Shown: positions 36,701 through 45,580 of the stretch, piece by piece | Numbering within the stretch: position 1 is the stretch's first letter | How the letters are laid out: each line of letters opens with the position of its first letter | Source: a virus | DNA length: 64,000 bases | Reading direction: 5' to 3' (one strand) | IMG/VR virus record: IMGVR_UViG_3300037225_001188 | Coordinates: 66,794 to 130,793 of that record | Position numbers and translations under genes: made by a program | The notes under the pieces: model-generated | The model's input: the letters and a program-made list of their open reading frames with translations, nothing else | Told to the model about the DNA's origin: nothing | The model's database searches: none

Positions 36701-37005
36701 GCGAGATCCAGAACGCCGCCTACACGTACATGGAGTTCTACCAGCAGAAGGGGTTCCAGCACGGTAAGAACCCTCGCTACCCGGCCTTCCCGGACGGCCT
36801 GCGGCTGCTGGAGAGCTACGTGCTCGACCCGCAGCTCTTCCCCAACGGCATCGACATCGGTTCGCGTCACGTCAAGCCTGGCACCTGGCTGATGCGGATG
36901 CGTGTGGACCACGACGGCCTGTGGAGCGACATCAAGACCGGTCGCATCACCGGGTTCAGCATCGGCGGTTTCGCTCGGTCGATCTCCGAGCAAAGGGCAG
37001 CCTGA
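33790..37005 (+). CDS. multidomain prohead protease (XkdF-like C-terminus) with ferritin-like and other domains
   Basis: C-terminal ERTVFGVVLEP...DAHGD...QH...LLESY...GTWL...ITGFSIGG; ferritin E..EExEH..E..ExEH at ~35200-35613. Confidence 0.88.
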   Translation: MDERLDRKNRRAVREAEAVKKQSAALAPAAPIVPLDAVDKAVAAKDVTPDMFDGMDDEDLKSVANEVAELWASMYGSALDAPKQAIAETKVDLPADQIQALRDRRKRTVVNDEALPAAKVYLVTNDGKAYGLLSMGAPRELSVDEFMAEDLSADEQAQRWPDANRLFCHDVLAYFDFGEPVDPSQVEYKAVSKMTREDLVKMAEKLHAEAEKRSLELGFPQDLQRQLQVAKSDSHPQSPDLYMPPNDPNPEAEPPFGQQPKEYASNKVKVPGVSDPIDGPKGHEWGSNNPAQQEWDAGDYSHYGEGDAGGFYEFSTSGGARYSAGAPNAGESPIASGSLAAAGKKNPIIARWRTTLTKAAVVPTVRMLLEARVHEAFTVTADYLYSVGLLERDERVSLSGLVGDLLDAFGGAMPYDLGVRPLNSVPQVETKVVTKGSAKTPPDIIMSVQSPVTVGPASASPEWGPTPVAKDGSLAAELNAALASEYGAWLTYVSCGHAASGLESDAVRNLFFDHADEEYEHAKLLGRKIVGLGVMPTIDVDLAVRGATLTTVPRSLAAMVALNLEMEHAATARYEQLLSRSDLDSALTNDLQTIASKEAEHAEELGRLCVEKDAQFIVGEPPQTEQDVRGGHFEGAPDDFAVTQACGTKYPFVMQHVFSGLRGQQERADLKKALDQVKAMAAGGDAAADAALADMWKKHDLKIITTNLEKLSASLQAADDGRGDASSVMASFLDSSPPQAIDLHKVLASVVTPGSVHTDLLIQSPEGDWLIGWMMDTPKSVLQTLDGKLLRVMRNKVLEHAPGDVVACQKTGRRETGNLHLVSPSSSVFKDESTNGQPVGEVRFLDRGEAIFGVQKPDYHEMFLSFEKNQKLSGRWEFKSAEPPDAWLAERPEVQAPYAVTHKDPEAGAAWNQAAVDLLREMKYPDMSDPAESVSKFVQVFKSASTEERTVFGVVLEPETMDAHGDVISISEIQNAAYTYMEFYQQKGFQHGKNPRYPAFPDGLRLLESYVLDPQLFPNGIDIGSRHVKPGTWLMRMRVDHDGLWSDIKTGRITGFSIGGFARSISEQRAA

Positions 37006-37007
37006 CG

Positions 37008-38345
37008 ATGGCACGACGCCTGGTCAATCTCCTGGTGAAGTGCGTCGACCTGGTCGACGAGCCAGCCAACCAAGAACCGTTCCTCGTCGTCAAGGACAAG
37101 GGCGGAAGCTCGAAGGTCGAGGGGGCAGTATGGTCGACCGCTGAGGTCAACCTGCTCCCCGACTCGAGCTTCCTCCTCGTCGATGACGGCGGCACCAAGG
37201 ATGGTGAAGGCAAGACGACTCCACGTTCGCTGCGGCACCTACCGTACCGCGACAAGGACGGCAAGGTCGACCTCGCTCACCTGCGCAACGCGCTCGCCCG
37301 CATCCCCCAGATGAAGACGGACGAGGCCACCAAGAAGCGTCTGACGGAGCACGCCCGCCAACTCCTCGAGCAGGAGGGCGGCGGTTCCAAGGAGAAAGCA
37401 GCGATGGAGACCACGACCCAGGGAGAGGCCACCGCCAAGGCGGGGGCGGCCCCCGCAGAGACCCCGTTCACCATGGCCATGGCGAAGGCCGATTCGATCC
37501 TGGGTGCCGACGCGGCACTCGCCAAGTCCCTTGGCGACGCCGTGCAGAGCGTCATCCAGAGCGTCGTCGTCAGCAAGACCATGACCCCCGACAAGGTCGC
37601 CGAGGCGATGAAGGCCTCGACCGACCTCGTCGAGCAGGCCATGTCCGAGCCCGACGCGGAGCTGCGCAAGAGCGCCCTGTCGAAGGCGAAGGACCTCATG
37701 GAGCGCCTCCACAAGAGCGTGACCGCGATGCAGCCCGGCCCCCAGGTCGGGATGCCGGCCGGCGCGGGCGGCGAGCCGTGGAATGGCTCCGGGAAGCCCG
37801 AGGGCGACCTGAAGCCGCAGTTCACCGCGAAGGCGTTCACCGCCGGCGCCGGCGCGAACGGCAATCACACGATCCCGACCGCGGCCGGCGGCACCCCGCC
37901 GGAGGGCGCTCCGACCTCGGAGCCGAAGCCGCAGGTCACGTCCTTCCCGGGCGGCGCGGACATCACCAACGCCGTACGGAAGGCGGCCGAAGATCTGACC
38001 AAGGCGCTCGGCAGCCTCGCGAAGGCCTTCGAGCCCGCGGCCCCGGCGTGCGCGCCCGAGGCGAAGGCGGCCGAGGAGCCGAAGCCGCCCGTCGCGCCCG
38101 AGGCGAAGGCGGCCGAGGAGCCGAAGCCGGCGGCCGAGGTCGAGAAGAAGGGCACCGTCGGACCGCAGGCGTCCGGCGAGGGCCCGGTGGATGAGGTCGC
38201 CAAGGCCATCGGCGAGGTCAGCCGGCGCCTGCAGCTCCTCGAGAAGGGGAACATCGGCTCCGGGACCAAGGCCGCGCAGGGCGGGGCCGAGGGCGACGCG
38301 GCCGGCAAGGCGGTGGAGAAGTCGTTCTGGGCGAACATCGTCTAG
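37008..38345 (+). CDS. scaffold-like protein
   Basis: between protease and capsid; N-terminal VDLVDEPAN; LPDSSF...RHLPY...HLRNALAR domain; A/E/K/P-rich; APEAKAAEEPKP x2. Confidence 0.75.
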   Translation: MARRLVNLLVKCVDLVDEPANQEPFLVVKDKGGSSKVEGAVWSTAEVNLLPDSSFLLVDDGGTKDGEGKTTPRSLRHLPYRDKDGKVDLAHLRNALARIPQMKTDEATKKRLTEHARQLLEQEGGGSKEKAAMETTTQGEATAKAGAAPAETPFTMAMAKADSILGADAALAKSLGDAVQSVIQSVVVSKTMTPDKVAEAMKASTDLVEQAMSEPDAELRKSALSKAKDLMERLHKSVTAMQPGPQVGMPAGAGGEPWNGSGKPEGDLKPQFTAKAFTAGAGANGNHTIPTAAGGTPPEGAPTSEPKPQVTSFPGGADITNAVRKAAEDLTKALGSLAKAFEPAAPACAPEAKAAEEPKPPVAPEAKAAEEPKPAAEVEKKGTVGPQASGEGPVDEVAKAIGEVSRRLQLLEKGNIGSGTKAAQGGAEGDAAGKAVEKSFWANIV

Positions 38346-38425
38346 AGCGATCGTCTCGACCATAGACGCAGTAAACGAACACGAGCAAGCGGCGCACTGA
38401 CGCCGAGAGTCCCAGGAGGAAGTTC

Positions 38426-39631
38426 ATGAGCCAGATCTCCAACGCCACGCTGGTCGAGAAGGCCGTCATCGCGACGGACGCACTCGCGACCGCCGGCAAG
38501 CTCAACCCCCAGCAGAGCGACAAGTTCATCGACTACGTCTTCGACCAGACGATGCTGCGCCAGAACGCGCGCACCATCAAGTTCACGCCCGAGACGCTGA
38601 ACATCGACAAGATCGGCGTCGGCAAGCGCGTCGCCGTGGCGGCCACCGAGGCAGAGGACCCCAGCGTCCGCCGCGGTATCACGGCCACCAAGGTCACCCT
38701 GACGCCCGTCGAAGTCATGGTGCCCTTCGAGATCGGCGACACGTTCCGCGAGATCAACATCGAGGGCCAGAACGTGGACGAGCACATCGTCCGCATGATG
38801 GCGACGGTGTTCGCGAACGACCTCGAAGACCTCTTCATCAACGGCAACAAGCTCGGCCCGGCCATCCTGGAGGCCGACTACAAGGACGGCGGCAGCGACT
38901 CCCAGTACGTGAAGGACGCGTACCTGGGCCTCGTCGACGGCTGGCTCAAGCTGGCCGAGGACGCGCACCGCGTCGACGCGCTCAGCGCGAACGTCGCCCC
39001 GGGCCTCTTCTCGAAGATGCTCAACAACATGCCGCCCAAGTTCAAGCGCGACCGCAAGAAGCTGCGCTTCCTGGCGAGCATCGAGACCGAGCAGCTGTAC
39101 CGCGAGCGCCTCTCGCAGCGCGCGACGCCCGGCTCGGACCGCAGCATCGAGAACGCCGACGCCATGACGCCGTTCGGCGTGCCGCTCGTCGGCGTGCCGC
39201 TGCTCTCGCAGACCCCGAAGGTCGTCGAGCACGTCGCGGTCAACAGCGACGGCACCACGGCGACCGCGCTGAAGTACAGCAACATCGACAACGTCGTCGT
39301 CTCCGCGTCGACCCTGAGCAGCACCGCGGCCACGCCGTACATCGCGAACACCGACTACACGGTGGACCTCGTGAACGGCAGCATCACGCGCCTCACGGGG
39401 CAAGCGATCGGCTCGGCGGCCACCGTCAAGGTGACCTACACCACCACGAGCCGCATTCTGCTCACCCACATGGAGAACTTCGTCGTGGGCATCGGGCGCG
39501 ACGTCCGCATCGAGAAGCAGCGCAACATCTTCCGCCGCGTCAACATGTACGCGATCACGGCCAAGGTGGCGGTGCAGGTCGAGGAGACCGACGCCCTCGT
39601 CGACGGCTACAACATCGGCCTGACGATCTAA
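38426..39631 (+). CDS. major capsid protein (HK97 fold, XkdG-like) with insertion domain
   Basis: GKLNPQQSDKFID; NIEG; ANDLEDLFING; DGWLK. Confidence 0.93.
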   Translation: MSQISNATLVEKAVIATDALATAGKLNPQQSDKFIDYVFDQTMLRQNARTIKFTPETLNIDKIGVGKRVAVAATEAEDPSVRRGITATKVTLTPVEVMVPFEIGDTFREINIEGQNVDEHIVRMMATVFANDLEDLFINGNKLGPAILEADYKDGGSDSQYVKDAYLGLVDGWLKLAEDAHRVDALSANVAPGLFSKMLNNMPPKFKRDRKKLRFLASIETEQLYRERLSQRATPGSDRSIENADAMTPFGVPLVGVPLLSQTPKVVEHVAVNSDGTTATALKYSNIDNVVVSASTLSSTAATPYIANTDYTVDLVNGSITRLTGQAIGSAATVKVTYTTTSRILLTHMENFVVGIGRDVRIEKQRNIFRRVNMYAITAKVAVQVEETDALVDGYNIGLTI

Positions 39632-39642
39632 GGTCAGCGAGC

Positions 39643-39677
39643 GGTGCCGAGGCCTCGCAGCCAGGGGCCTCGGCACC
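39643..39677 (+). terminator. 12-bp stem hairpin after the capsid gene (stabiliser/attenuator)
   Basis: GGTGCCGAGGCC...GGCCTCGGCACC; no U-tract. Confidence 0.6.
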
Positions 39678-39700
39678 ACCACGTAACGAGGAGAGCTGCG

Positions 39701-40009
39701 ATGCCCGTCAGGACGAAGGTCGGTAGCGACCAGAAGACAGCTCCTCGAGACGACGTTCAGCGCGAGGAGGCCATCTCCCGCCTGCTGGGCGAGCCCGAGG
39801 TCAAGGGTGAGGACCAGGCTCCTGAGCCGGTCCAGAAGCCGAAGCCGTCCGCCATCGTGCGGCTGATCGTCGGCATGTCGAACATCTCGCACGGGAAGTC
39901 CTACCTGAGGGACCGTCCGTTCATCGTCACCGACGAGGCGAGGATCGAGGAGTTCAAGCACGACGGCAACTTCTCCGTCGAGATGGTGGCCCAGAAGAGC
40001 GCCGGGTGA
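39701..40009 (+). CDS. small head-region protein
   Basis: ATG after GAGGAG. Confidence 0.65.
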   Translation: MPVRTKVGSDQKTAPRDDVQREEAISRLLGEPEVKGEDQAPEPVQKPKPSAIVRLIVGMSNISHGKSYLRDRPFIVTDEARIEEFKHDGNFSVEMVAQKSAG

Positions 40010-40013
40010 CCGC

Positions 40014-40415
40014 GTGCTGAAGGTCCACCTCGCCGACGGAAGGACGCTGTCCTTCGAGCTGGGAGACGAGGCGCAGCGAGGGGCATGGGAACGATCGGCA
40101 CAGAGCAGCACCTTCCAGAGCACCATCCGCGGGGTGGCGCTGCTCCACAACCGAACCCTCCACACGCTGCCGCTCCCGAAGCAGTTCAAGTCCCTCCGTT
40201 TCTCAGCCGAGCTGATCACCAGCAAAGGCGAGGGCGGGGAGAGGGTCACAGGAGAGCGCGTGGTCTGCCAGGCTGACGCAGTGCGGGTGTCCATCACCGC
40301 GTACTACACCCAGACCCCGAAGATGGTCAGGGTCGACGTCGCCAGGACCGGACGGATGCGCTTCGACGGGAAACCAGGAACGAGCCCCGCGCACGGGCAA
40401 GGAGCAGTTTCATGA
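40014..40415 (+). CDS. hypothetical protein
   Basis: 133 aa, coupled to next gene. Confidence 0.65.
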   Translation: MLKVHLADGRTLSFELGDEAQRGAWERSAQSSTFQSTIRGVALLHNRTLHTLPLPKQFKSLRFSAELITSKGEGGERVTGERVVCQADAVRVSITAYYTQTPKMVRVDVARTGRMRFDGKPGTSPAHGQGAVS

Positions 40416-40960
40416 AGACCAACCGATTCGACTCGAACCCCTACCAGGGCGGCGCCGGGCTCGCAGACGGGGGACTCGCCAGCGACCTCAGCGCCCTCGT
40501 CAACGGCCTCGCGAAGAGCGACAGCGGCATCCTGGGCGGCGGCTTCGTCACGACCGCCACCCACACGCAGGTCGCTGGCACCGGCGCGACCACGTGGACC
40601 GTGGGCATCACCGCCCTCGACACGCTCGTCGACGGCGTCTACAACCACGACAACCTCAACGCGGCCTTCGCCGTCCACAACTCGACGTGCCTCGTCACCG
40701 ACGGCCAGTCGGTCTACGCCTGGCTGCTCGAGAAGCACGGCGCCGGGACCGTGACGACGGTCGCCGTCAAGGGCACAGCCGCGGTGCACGGCGCCGAGGC
40801 CGTGCCGACCGACGACGAGATCCAGCTCGCGCTGGGCGCCGGCGTCACCTTCATCAAGCTCGCGCTGCTCCACATCTCCCGGACCAGCACGACCCTGACC
40901 GAGAAGATCGACATGTCGTACCGGCAGCCGCACGGCGTCGCCGGCATGAACGGTTTCTAG
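40412..40960 (+). CDS. putative head decoration/structural protein
   Basis: T/G/A-rich beta composition; capsid-like codon bias; AAGGAG RBS. Confidence 0.6.
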   Translation: MKTNRFDSNPYQGGAGLADGGLASDLSALVNGLAKSDSGILGGGFVTTATHTQVAGTGATTWTVGITALDTLVDGVYNHDNLNAAFAVHNSTCLVTDGQSVYAWLLEKHGAGTVTTVAVKGTAAVHGAEAVPTDDEIQLALGAGVTFIKLALLHISRTSTTLTEKIDMSYRQPHGVAGMNGF

Positions 40961-41012
40961 CCGTTCGACGGGCTCCTCGCGAGCCCACCAACCGCGAAGG
41001 AGGCTTGGCCCG

Positions 41013-41693
41013 ATGGGCACAACTCCGGTAGTGGCCTACTGCATCCCATCCTGCAATCCTGCTCGGGCGGCCGCGGCCGTAGAGCGCTGGCACGCCCGCG
41101 GTTACCTTGTGCACCTCGCCGTCGAGGGCGTGTTCCCTGACGTCGGCGCCGACCTGGTCCAGCGGTCCGACTCCTACCCCGGCTACTCGGTCGCCTCCAA
41201 CACCCTGGCGGTCGCCGCGGTGGCCGCCGGGGCCGACGTCGTCGTCTTCGGCGGCGATGACATGGACCCCGAGCCGTCGCTCACCGCCCAGGAGATCGCT
41301 GCCCAGTACCTCGAGCACTTCGGCGGCTCGTTCGGCGTCATGCAGCCGACCGGCGACCGGCCCGAGACCTTCGGCACCGACCGCATCTGCGGCTCGCCGT
41401 GGCTCGGGCGCGACTGGGTTCTCCGGGCCTACGGCGGCCTGGGCGCGGTGTGGCCCGGGTACCACCAGTTCTTCATGGACGAGGAGCTGCAGAACGTCGC
41501 GAAGAAGCTCGGCGTCCTCTGGCAGCGTCCCGACCTCACGCAGGAGCACCACCACTGGCTCCGCTACGGCCTCAGCACGAAGACCGCGTACCAGGTCTCC
41601 AACGACCGTTGGTGGACGCCGGACGAGACGATGTTCAAGGCGCGGAAGGCCGCAGGTTTCCCGGGCAGCGACCCGCTGCCGGAGGTACGATGA
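41013..41693 (+). CDS. glycosyltransferase, GT-A fold
   Basis: GYSVASN, VVFGGDDMDP, YHQFFMDEEL, EHHHW. Confidence 0.8.
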   Translation: MGTTPVVAYCIPSCNPARAAAAVERWHARGYLVHLAVEGVFPDVGADLVQRSDSYPGYSVASNTLAVAAVAAGADVVVFGGDDMDPEPSLTAQEIAAQYLEHFGGSFGVMQPTGDRPETFGTDRICGSPWLGRDWVLRAYGGLGAVWPGYHQFFMDEELQNVAKKLGVLWQRPDLTQEHHHWLRYGLSTKTAYQVSNDRWWTPDETMFKARKAAGFPGSDPLPEVR

Positions 41694-42283
41694 GCTACTC
41701 CCAGGGCCGCGAAGAGGCCGTCATCCTCAGGTTCTTCAAGCACGCCAAGGTCGGGCGCTTCCTCGACGTCGGCGCCTACGACGGCGTGTTCCTCTCCAAC
41801 ACCAGGGCGCTCGCCGAGCTGGGCTGGGGCGGCGTCGTCGTCGACGCCTCGCCGCTCGCCTACGCCGCCCTCCAGCGCACCTACCGCGAGCGCGCTGACG
41901 TGGACTGCGTGCTAGCGGCCGTGACCCCGAGCGACGTCGGCCCGACCATCGAGCTGAACGAGTCGGCTGACGCCCTGTCGACGACCGACGAGGCCAACCG
42001 GGTGAAGTGGGCTCCGACCGCCGGGTTCCGCAAGGTCACCGTGCCGGCGCTCTCGGCCGCCGAGCTGGCGCGGCGCTTCCCGGGGCCGTACGACTTCGTC
42101 AACGTCGACACCGAGGGCACGTCGATCGCGGTCGCGAAGGCACTCCCGCTCGCCGACCTCGGGGTCAGGGCGCTCTGCGTCGAGCACGACGGCCACTACC
42201 GCGAGCTGGTAGACCAGCTCTGCGGCGACGGGTGGGCGATCATCCACCTCGACGACCTGAACCTCATCGTGGGCCACCCGTGA
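41690..42283 (+). CDS. FkbM-family methyltransferase
   Basis: YSQ..EE; FLDVGAYDG..LSNT..L...GWGG; FVNVDTEG; CVEH. Confidence 0.9.
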   Translation: MSYSQGREEAVILRFFKHAKVGRFLDVGAYDGVFLSNTRALAELGWGGVVVDASPLAYAALQRTYRERADVDCVLAAVTPSDVGPTIELNESADALSTTDEANRVKWAPTAGFRKVTVPALSAAELARRFPGPYDFVNVDTEGTSIAVAKALPLADLGVRALCVEHDGHYRELVDQLCGDGWAIIHLDDLNLIVGHP

Positions 42284-42909
42284 GCGGTGAGGTCGAGGCG
42301 GTCGCCGCGGCGCTCGGGTGCGCCGAGACCGTCATCGAGGTCGGGGCCTTCGACGGTAGCATCGCCGAGCGTATCGTTAACTTGCTCCCGGAGCCGCCGG
42401 TGCGCTGGTATGCCTTCGAGTGCGACCAGCGGAACCTGCCAGGTTGCCTCGCCGCCCCCGTCTACCGTCGTCCCGGCTTCGAAGTCGTGCCCTGCGCGGT
42501 CGGCGAACGCGACGGGGTGACGACTCTCCACCCGTCGTCGGCCGACGACCAAGAGTGGACCGCGTCGAGCAGCATCTGCGGGCCGGCGCCGGCGATGGCT
42601 GACAACTTCCCTTGGCTCAGGTACCGTTCCGAGCACCGGGTTCAGGTGCCGATGCGCTCGCTCGACTCGTTCGCGGCCGAGCGCGGGATCGGGGGTGTCG
42701 ATCTCCTCTGGGTCGATGTCGAGGGTGCCGAGCGGCGCGTGATTGAGGGCGCCCGCGCTGTCCTCGCGCGGACCCGCCTACTCTTTCTCGAGGTCTGGGA
42801 GGCACGAATCTTCGAGGGGATGTGGACCTACGCAGAGACGCTCGCCGCGCTGCCTGAGTTCGAGGTCGTGCAGCGCTTCACTGGAGACGTCCTGTTGCGG
42901 CGGAGGTAG
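42280..42909 (+). CDS. FkbM-family methyltransferase
   Basis: IEVGAFDG; YAFE; SLDSF; DLLWVDVEGAE. Confidence 0.9.
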   Translation: MSGEVEAVAAALGCAETVIEVGAFDGSIAERIVNLLPEPPVRWYAFECDQRNLPGCLAAPVYRRPGFEVVPCAVGERDGVTTLHPSSADDQEWTASSSICGPAPAMADNFPWLRYRSEHRVQVPMRSLDSFAAERGIGGVDLLWVDVEGAERRVIEGARAVLARTRLLFLEVWEARIFEGMWTYAETLAALPEFEVVQRFTGDVLLRRR

Positions 42910-42912
42910 CCG

Positions 42913-43788
42913 ATGAGACTCGCGGCCTGCGTCCTGGCGTACAACGACGAGTGGTGCATCGGGCTCTCCGCCCGCGCCCTCCTCCGCTTCTGCGACGTCC
43001 TGCTCGTGGGGCTCCACCGCTCGACGGACCGGACGGCGGAGATCCTCGCGGAGGTGGCTGCGGAGGTCGGGTCGGACCGCGTTCGCGTGGTCGAGCAGGA
43101 CGACGTCGTCCCCCGGGTCGAGTACCCTATCGAGCAGAGCGGGGGGACCCTCCGGCGCGACCACCTCGGGAACGTCGCGCGGGAGATGGGGGCCACCCAC
43201 GTCCTCGTCATCGACGACGACGAGGTACTGACCGCCAACGTCGCCACGGGCTTCCGCGACCTCCTCGCGGCGGTCGGGATCGTCTACCTGCCATGGATCT
43301 CCGTCTGGGACGACCCGGACGCCTACCGGACGACGTGGCGGCAGATGCTCCCGTTCGCCTTCCCCGTTGACGCGGGGACCTCCTGGTACGAGTCCGCGCA
43401 CGGGCGATTCCCGGTGGCGGTGGCGGCCGCTCCCTACCCGCCCGCGCCGCACGTTCCCTGGGACGCAGGGGGCGCGATGCACCTCCAGTACCTGTCCCGG
43501 CGCCGGCTGGCGGCGAAGCGACTCATGTACCGCCTCTACGAGCGGATCGTGTTCCCGACGCTTCCGGCGGACGTAATCAACGCGCGCTTCAACGAGTCGA
43601 TCGTTCCGCCGACGCCGGCGGAGATGGCGCCGATCCCACCGGCGTGGTGGGCGGGGCTCGAGGACCTCCGTGCGCGCCACCTCCACCCGGAGACGCCGCC
43701 CTGGCACGAGGAGGAGTGCCGCCGGATCGTCCGGGAGCGCGGGCCGGGGGTCCTCGACGGGCTCGAGCTTGGCGGGGTCGAGTTGTGA
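42913..43788 (+). CDS. glycosyltransferase family 2-like
   Basis: LAYNDE; STDRTAEI; GATHVLVIDDDE. Confidence 0.85.
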   Translation: MRLAACVLAYNDEWCIGLSARALLRFCDVLLVGLHRSTDRTAEILAEVAAEVGSDRVRVVEQDDVVPRVEYPIEQSGGTLRRDHLGNVAREMGATHVLVIDDDEVLTANVATGFRDLLAAVGIVYLPWISVWDDPDAYRTTWRQMLPFAFPVDAGTSWYESAHGRFPVAVAAAPYPPAPHVPWDAGGAMHLQYLSRRRLAAKRLMYRLYERIVFPTLPADVINARFNESIVPPTPAEMAPIPPAWWAGLEDLRARHLHPETPPWHEEECRRIVRERGPGVLDGLELGGVEL

Positions 43789-44648
43789 GGCTCGTCGCCC
43801 TGATGCTCGCCCGCAACTCCGCTTGGGTCCTCCCAGCGAGCGCCCGCGCCGCCCTGCGCTGGTGCGACGCCCTCGTCATCCTCGACCACGCCTCTACCGA
43901 TGGGACCTGGTCGGCGGCGCGCGAGGTGATGGAGGAGCACCCCGGGCGGGTCTCGCTCCTCCACGAGGCGAACTCGTGCTGGGACGAGATGGACCATCGG
44001 CAGCGGACCCTCGACGCCGCCAGGGTCATGGGTGCGACCCACGTCGCCAATGTCGACGACGACGAGGTCCTGACGGCCAACGCCGAGGGGCTCGTCAAGG
44101 CGGCATCAGGGGCGCTTCCGCCAGGAGAGTCGATCGAGCTGCCGTGGCTCTCGGTGTGGGACGGCCTCGATGCGCGGCGCGTCGACCGTTCGCACTGGTC
44201 GTCTTCACAGGTACATGTCGTGTTCGCGCTCTCCGACCGGACCCACTACCGGCGCGCTGACGACGGGTACCAGCACCACGCCCGCTGCCCGCGGGGTAAC
44301 GACGGGACATCTCGGCGGCCGCTCAAGGACCATTCCCAGGGCGGTCTGCTCCACCTGCAGTTCTCCAGCCGGCGGCGTCTGCGCGCGAAGCAGGCGCTGT
44401 ACAAGATGAACGAGGTCCTCAGGTGGCCTGGACGCATGACGGTTGCAGAGGTGAACTGCCTGTACGACGGGACGGCCCTGGCCCCCGGGCTCGCCTTGAC
44501 GGAGTTCCCGCGCGAGTGGTGGCCTGAGGGGGCGCGCGAGCGTGTCGACCTCGAAGCCGAACCGTGGCAGGAGGCTGAGGTCAAGCGCCTCCTCGCGCTC
44601 CACGGTGTCGAAGCGTTCGCCGGGTTGGATCTTTACGACGTATGCTGA
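43785..44648 (+). CDS. glycosyltransferase family 2-like (paralogue of previous gene)
   Basis: LARNS; LDHASTDGT; GATHVANVDDDE; HLQF. Confidence 0.88.
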   Translation: MRLVALMLARNSAWVLPASARAALRWCDALVILDHASTDGTWSAAREVMEEHPGRVSLLHEANSCWDEMDHRQRTLDAARVMGATHVANVDDDEVLTANAEGLVKAASGALPPGESIELPWLSVWDGLDARRVDRSHWSSSQVHVVFALSDRTHYRRADDGYQHHARCPRGNDGTSRRPLKDHSQGGLLHLQFSSRRRLRAKQALYKMNEVLRWPGRMTVAEVNCLYDGTALAPGLALTEFPREWWPEGARERVDLEAEPWQEAEVKRLLALHGVEAFAGLDLYDVC

Positions 44649-45508
44649 GCGTTGTCTACATCACGAACCGGGGCCTTTACCCGCTCGTCGACAAGGACGA
44701 GCTGAACGTCAGTCAGTATGACCTGCTCGCCTCCTCGTTGAAGGTCCAGACCATTCCCCTGGAGCAACTCGAGCTGGTGGTCGTCGACCAAGTGAACCCG
44801 CTCCCGCGAGAAGAGCTGAACTTCCTCGGCGATCGCGTGAGGTACGTCAGGCCGCGGGATACTCCGTGGCGCCGCGCCGGAGCCTTTGCCCCGGCCTCAG
44901 CGCGCAACAGCGGGTTACTGGCTACGACCGGCGAGACCGTCCTCGGTCTTGATGACTGCGTGACGTTCGGCCCCGACCTGCTCCGCGGAGTCCATGACCA
45001 CGCGCAGCGCGGAGAGTACATGGCCCTGGAGTACGTCGCCAAAAGTGACGCGCAGGTGCCTGGTAAGCTCCGCGAGGTCAAGCAGTGCGGCGGCCTCGTG
45101 GCCTACCCCAGGGAGGTGGCGCTCGCGACAGGGATGCACGACGAGCGCTTCGACGGGGCCGAAGCCTACGAGGACATCGAGTTCTCGGAGCGGCTGCAGC
45201 TGGCCGGGGTGCGGTTCTTCATGGACGGGAGATTGAGGGTGGTGCTGCACCGCCACGAGCGCATGAAACGAAAGCTCGCGAAGTGCGCCATCTTGGCGTA
45301 CCACCTCGTGAAAGGCGGTACCGTGGCGAACGTGCCGTGGACTTCCAAGCAGATCGACCTGCTGTGTCGACCATGCAAATTTCTTGCCGGCCGGAAGTGC
45401 CACATCACCATGGACAGGTGCCGCAGCCGAGCTGCTTCGACCAAGGCCGGCGTTGAGACGATCTCCGAATACGAGTCAAAATCGTGGGACTTCAAGAGAA
45501 ACTTCTGA
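44642..45508 (+). CDS. glycosyltransferase family 2 (galactosyltransferase-like C-terminus)
   Basis: ELVVVD; ASARNSG; LDDC; DERFDG...EDIEFSERL. Confidence 0.88.
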   Translation: MLSVVYITNRGLYPLVDKDELNVSQYDLLASSLKVQTIPLEQLELVVVDQVNPLPREELNFLGDRVRYVRPRDTPWRRAGAFAPASARNSGLLATTGETVLGLDDCVTFGPDLLRGVHDHAQRGEYMALEYVAKSDAQVPGKLREVKQCGGLVAYPREVALATGMHDERFDGAEAYEDIEFSERLQLAGVRFFMDGRLRVVLHRHERMKRKLAKCAILAYHLVKGGTVANVPWTSKQIDLLCRPCKFLAGRKCHITMDRCRSRAASTKAGVETISEYESKSWDFKRNF

Positions 45509-45580
45509 GACTTCGCCGCGGCGAGATGATACGATCGAGAGAAGGGGTCGTGTAAAACTAGGAGATCGGACCTGGAACCC

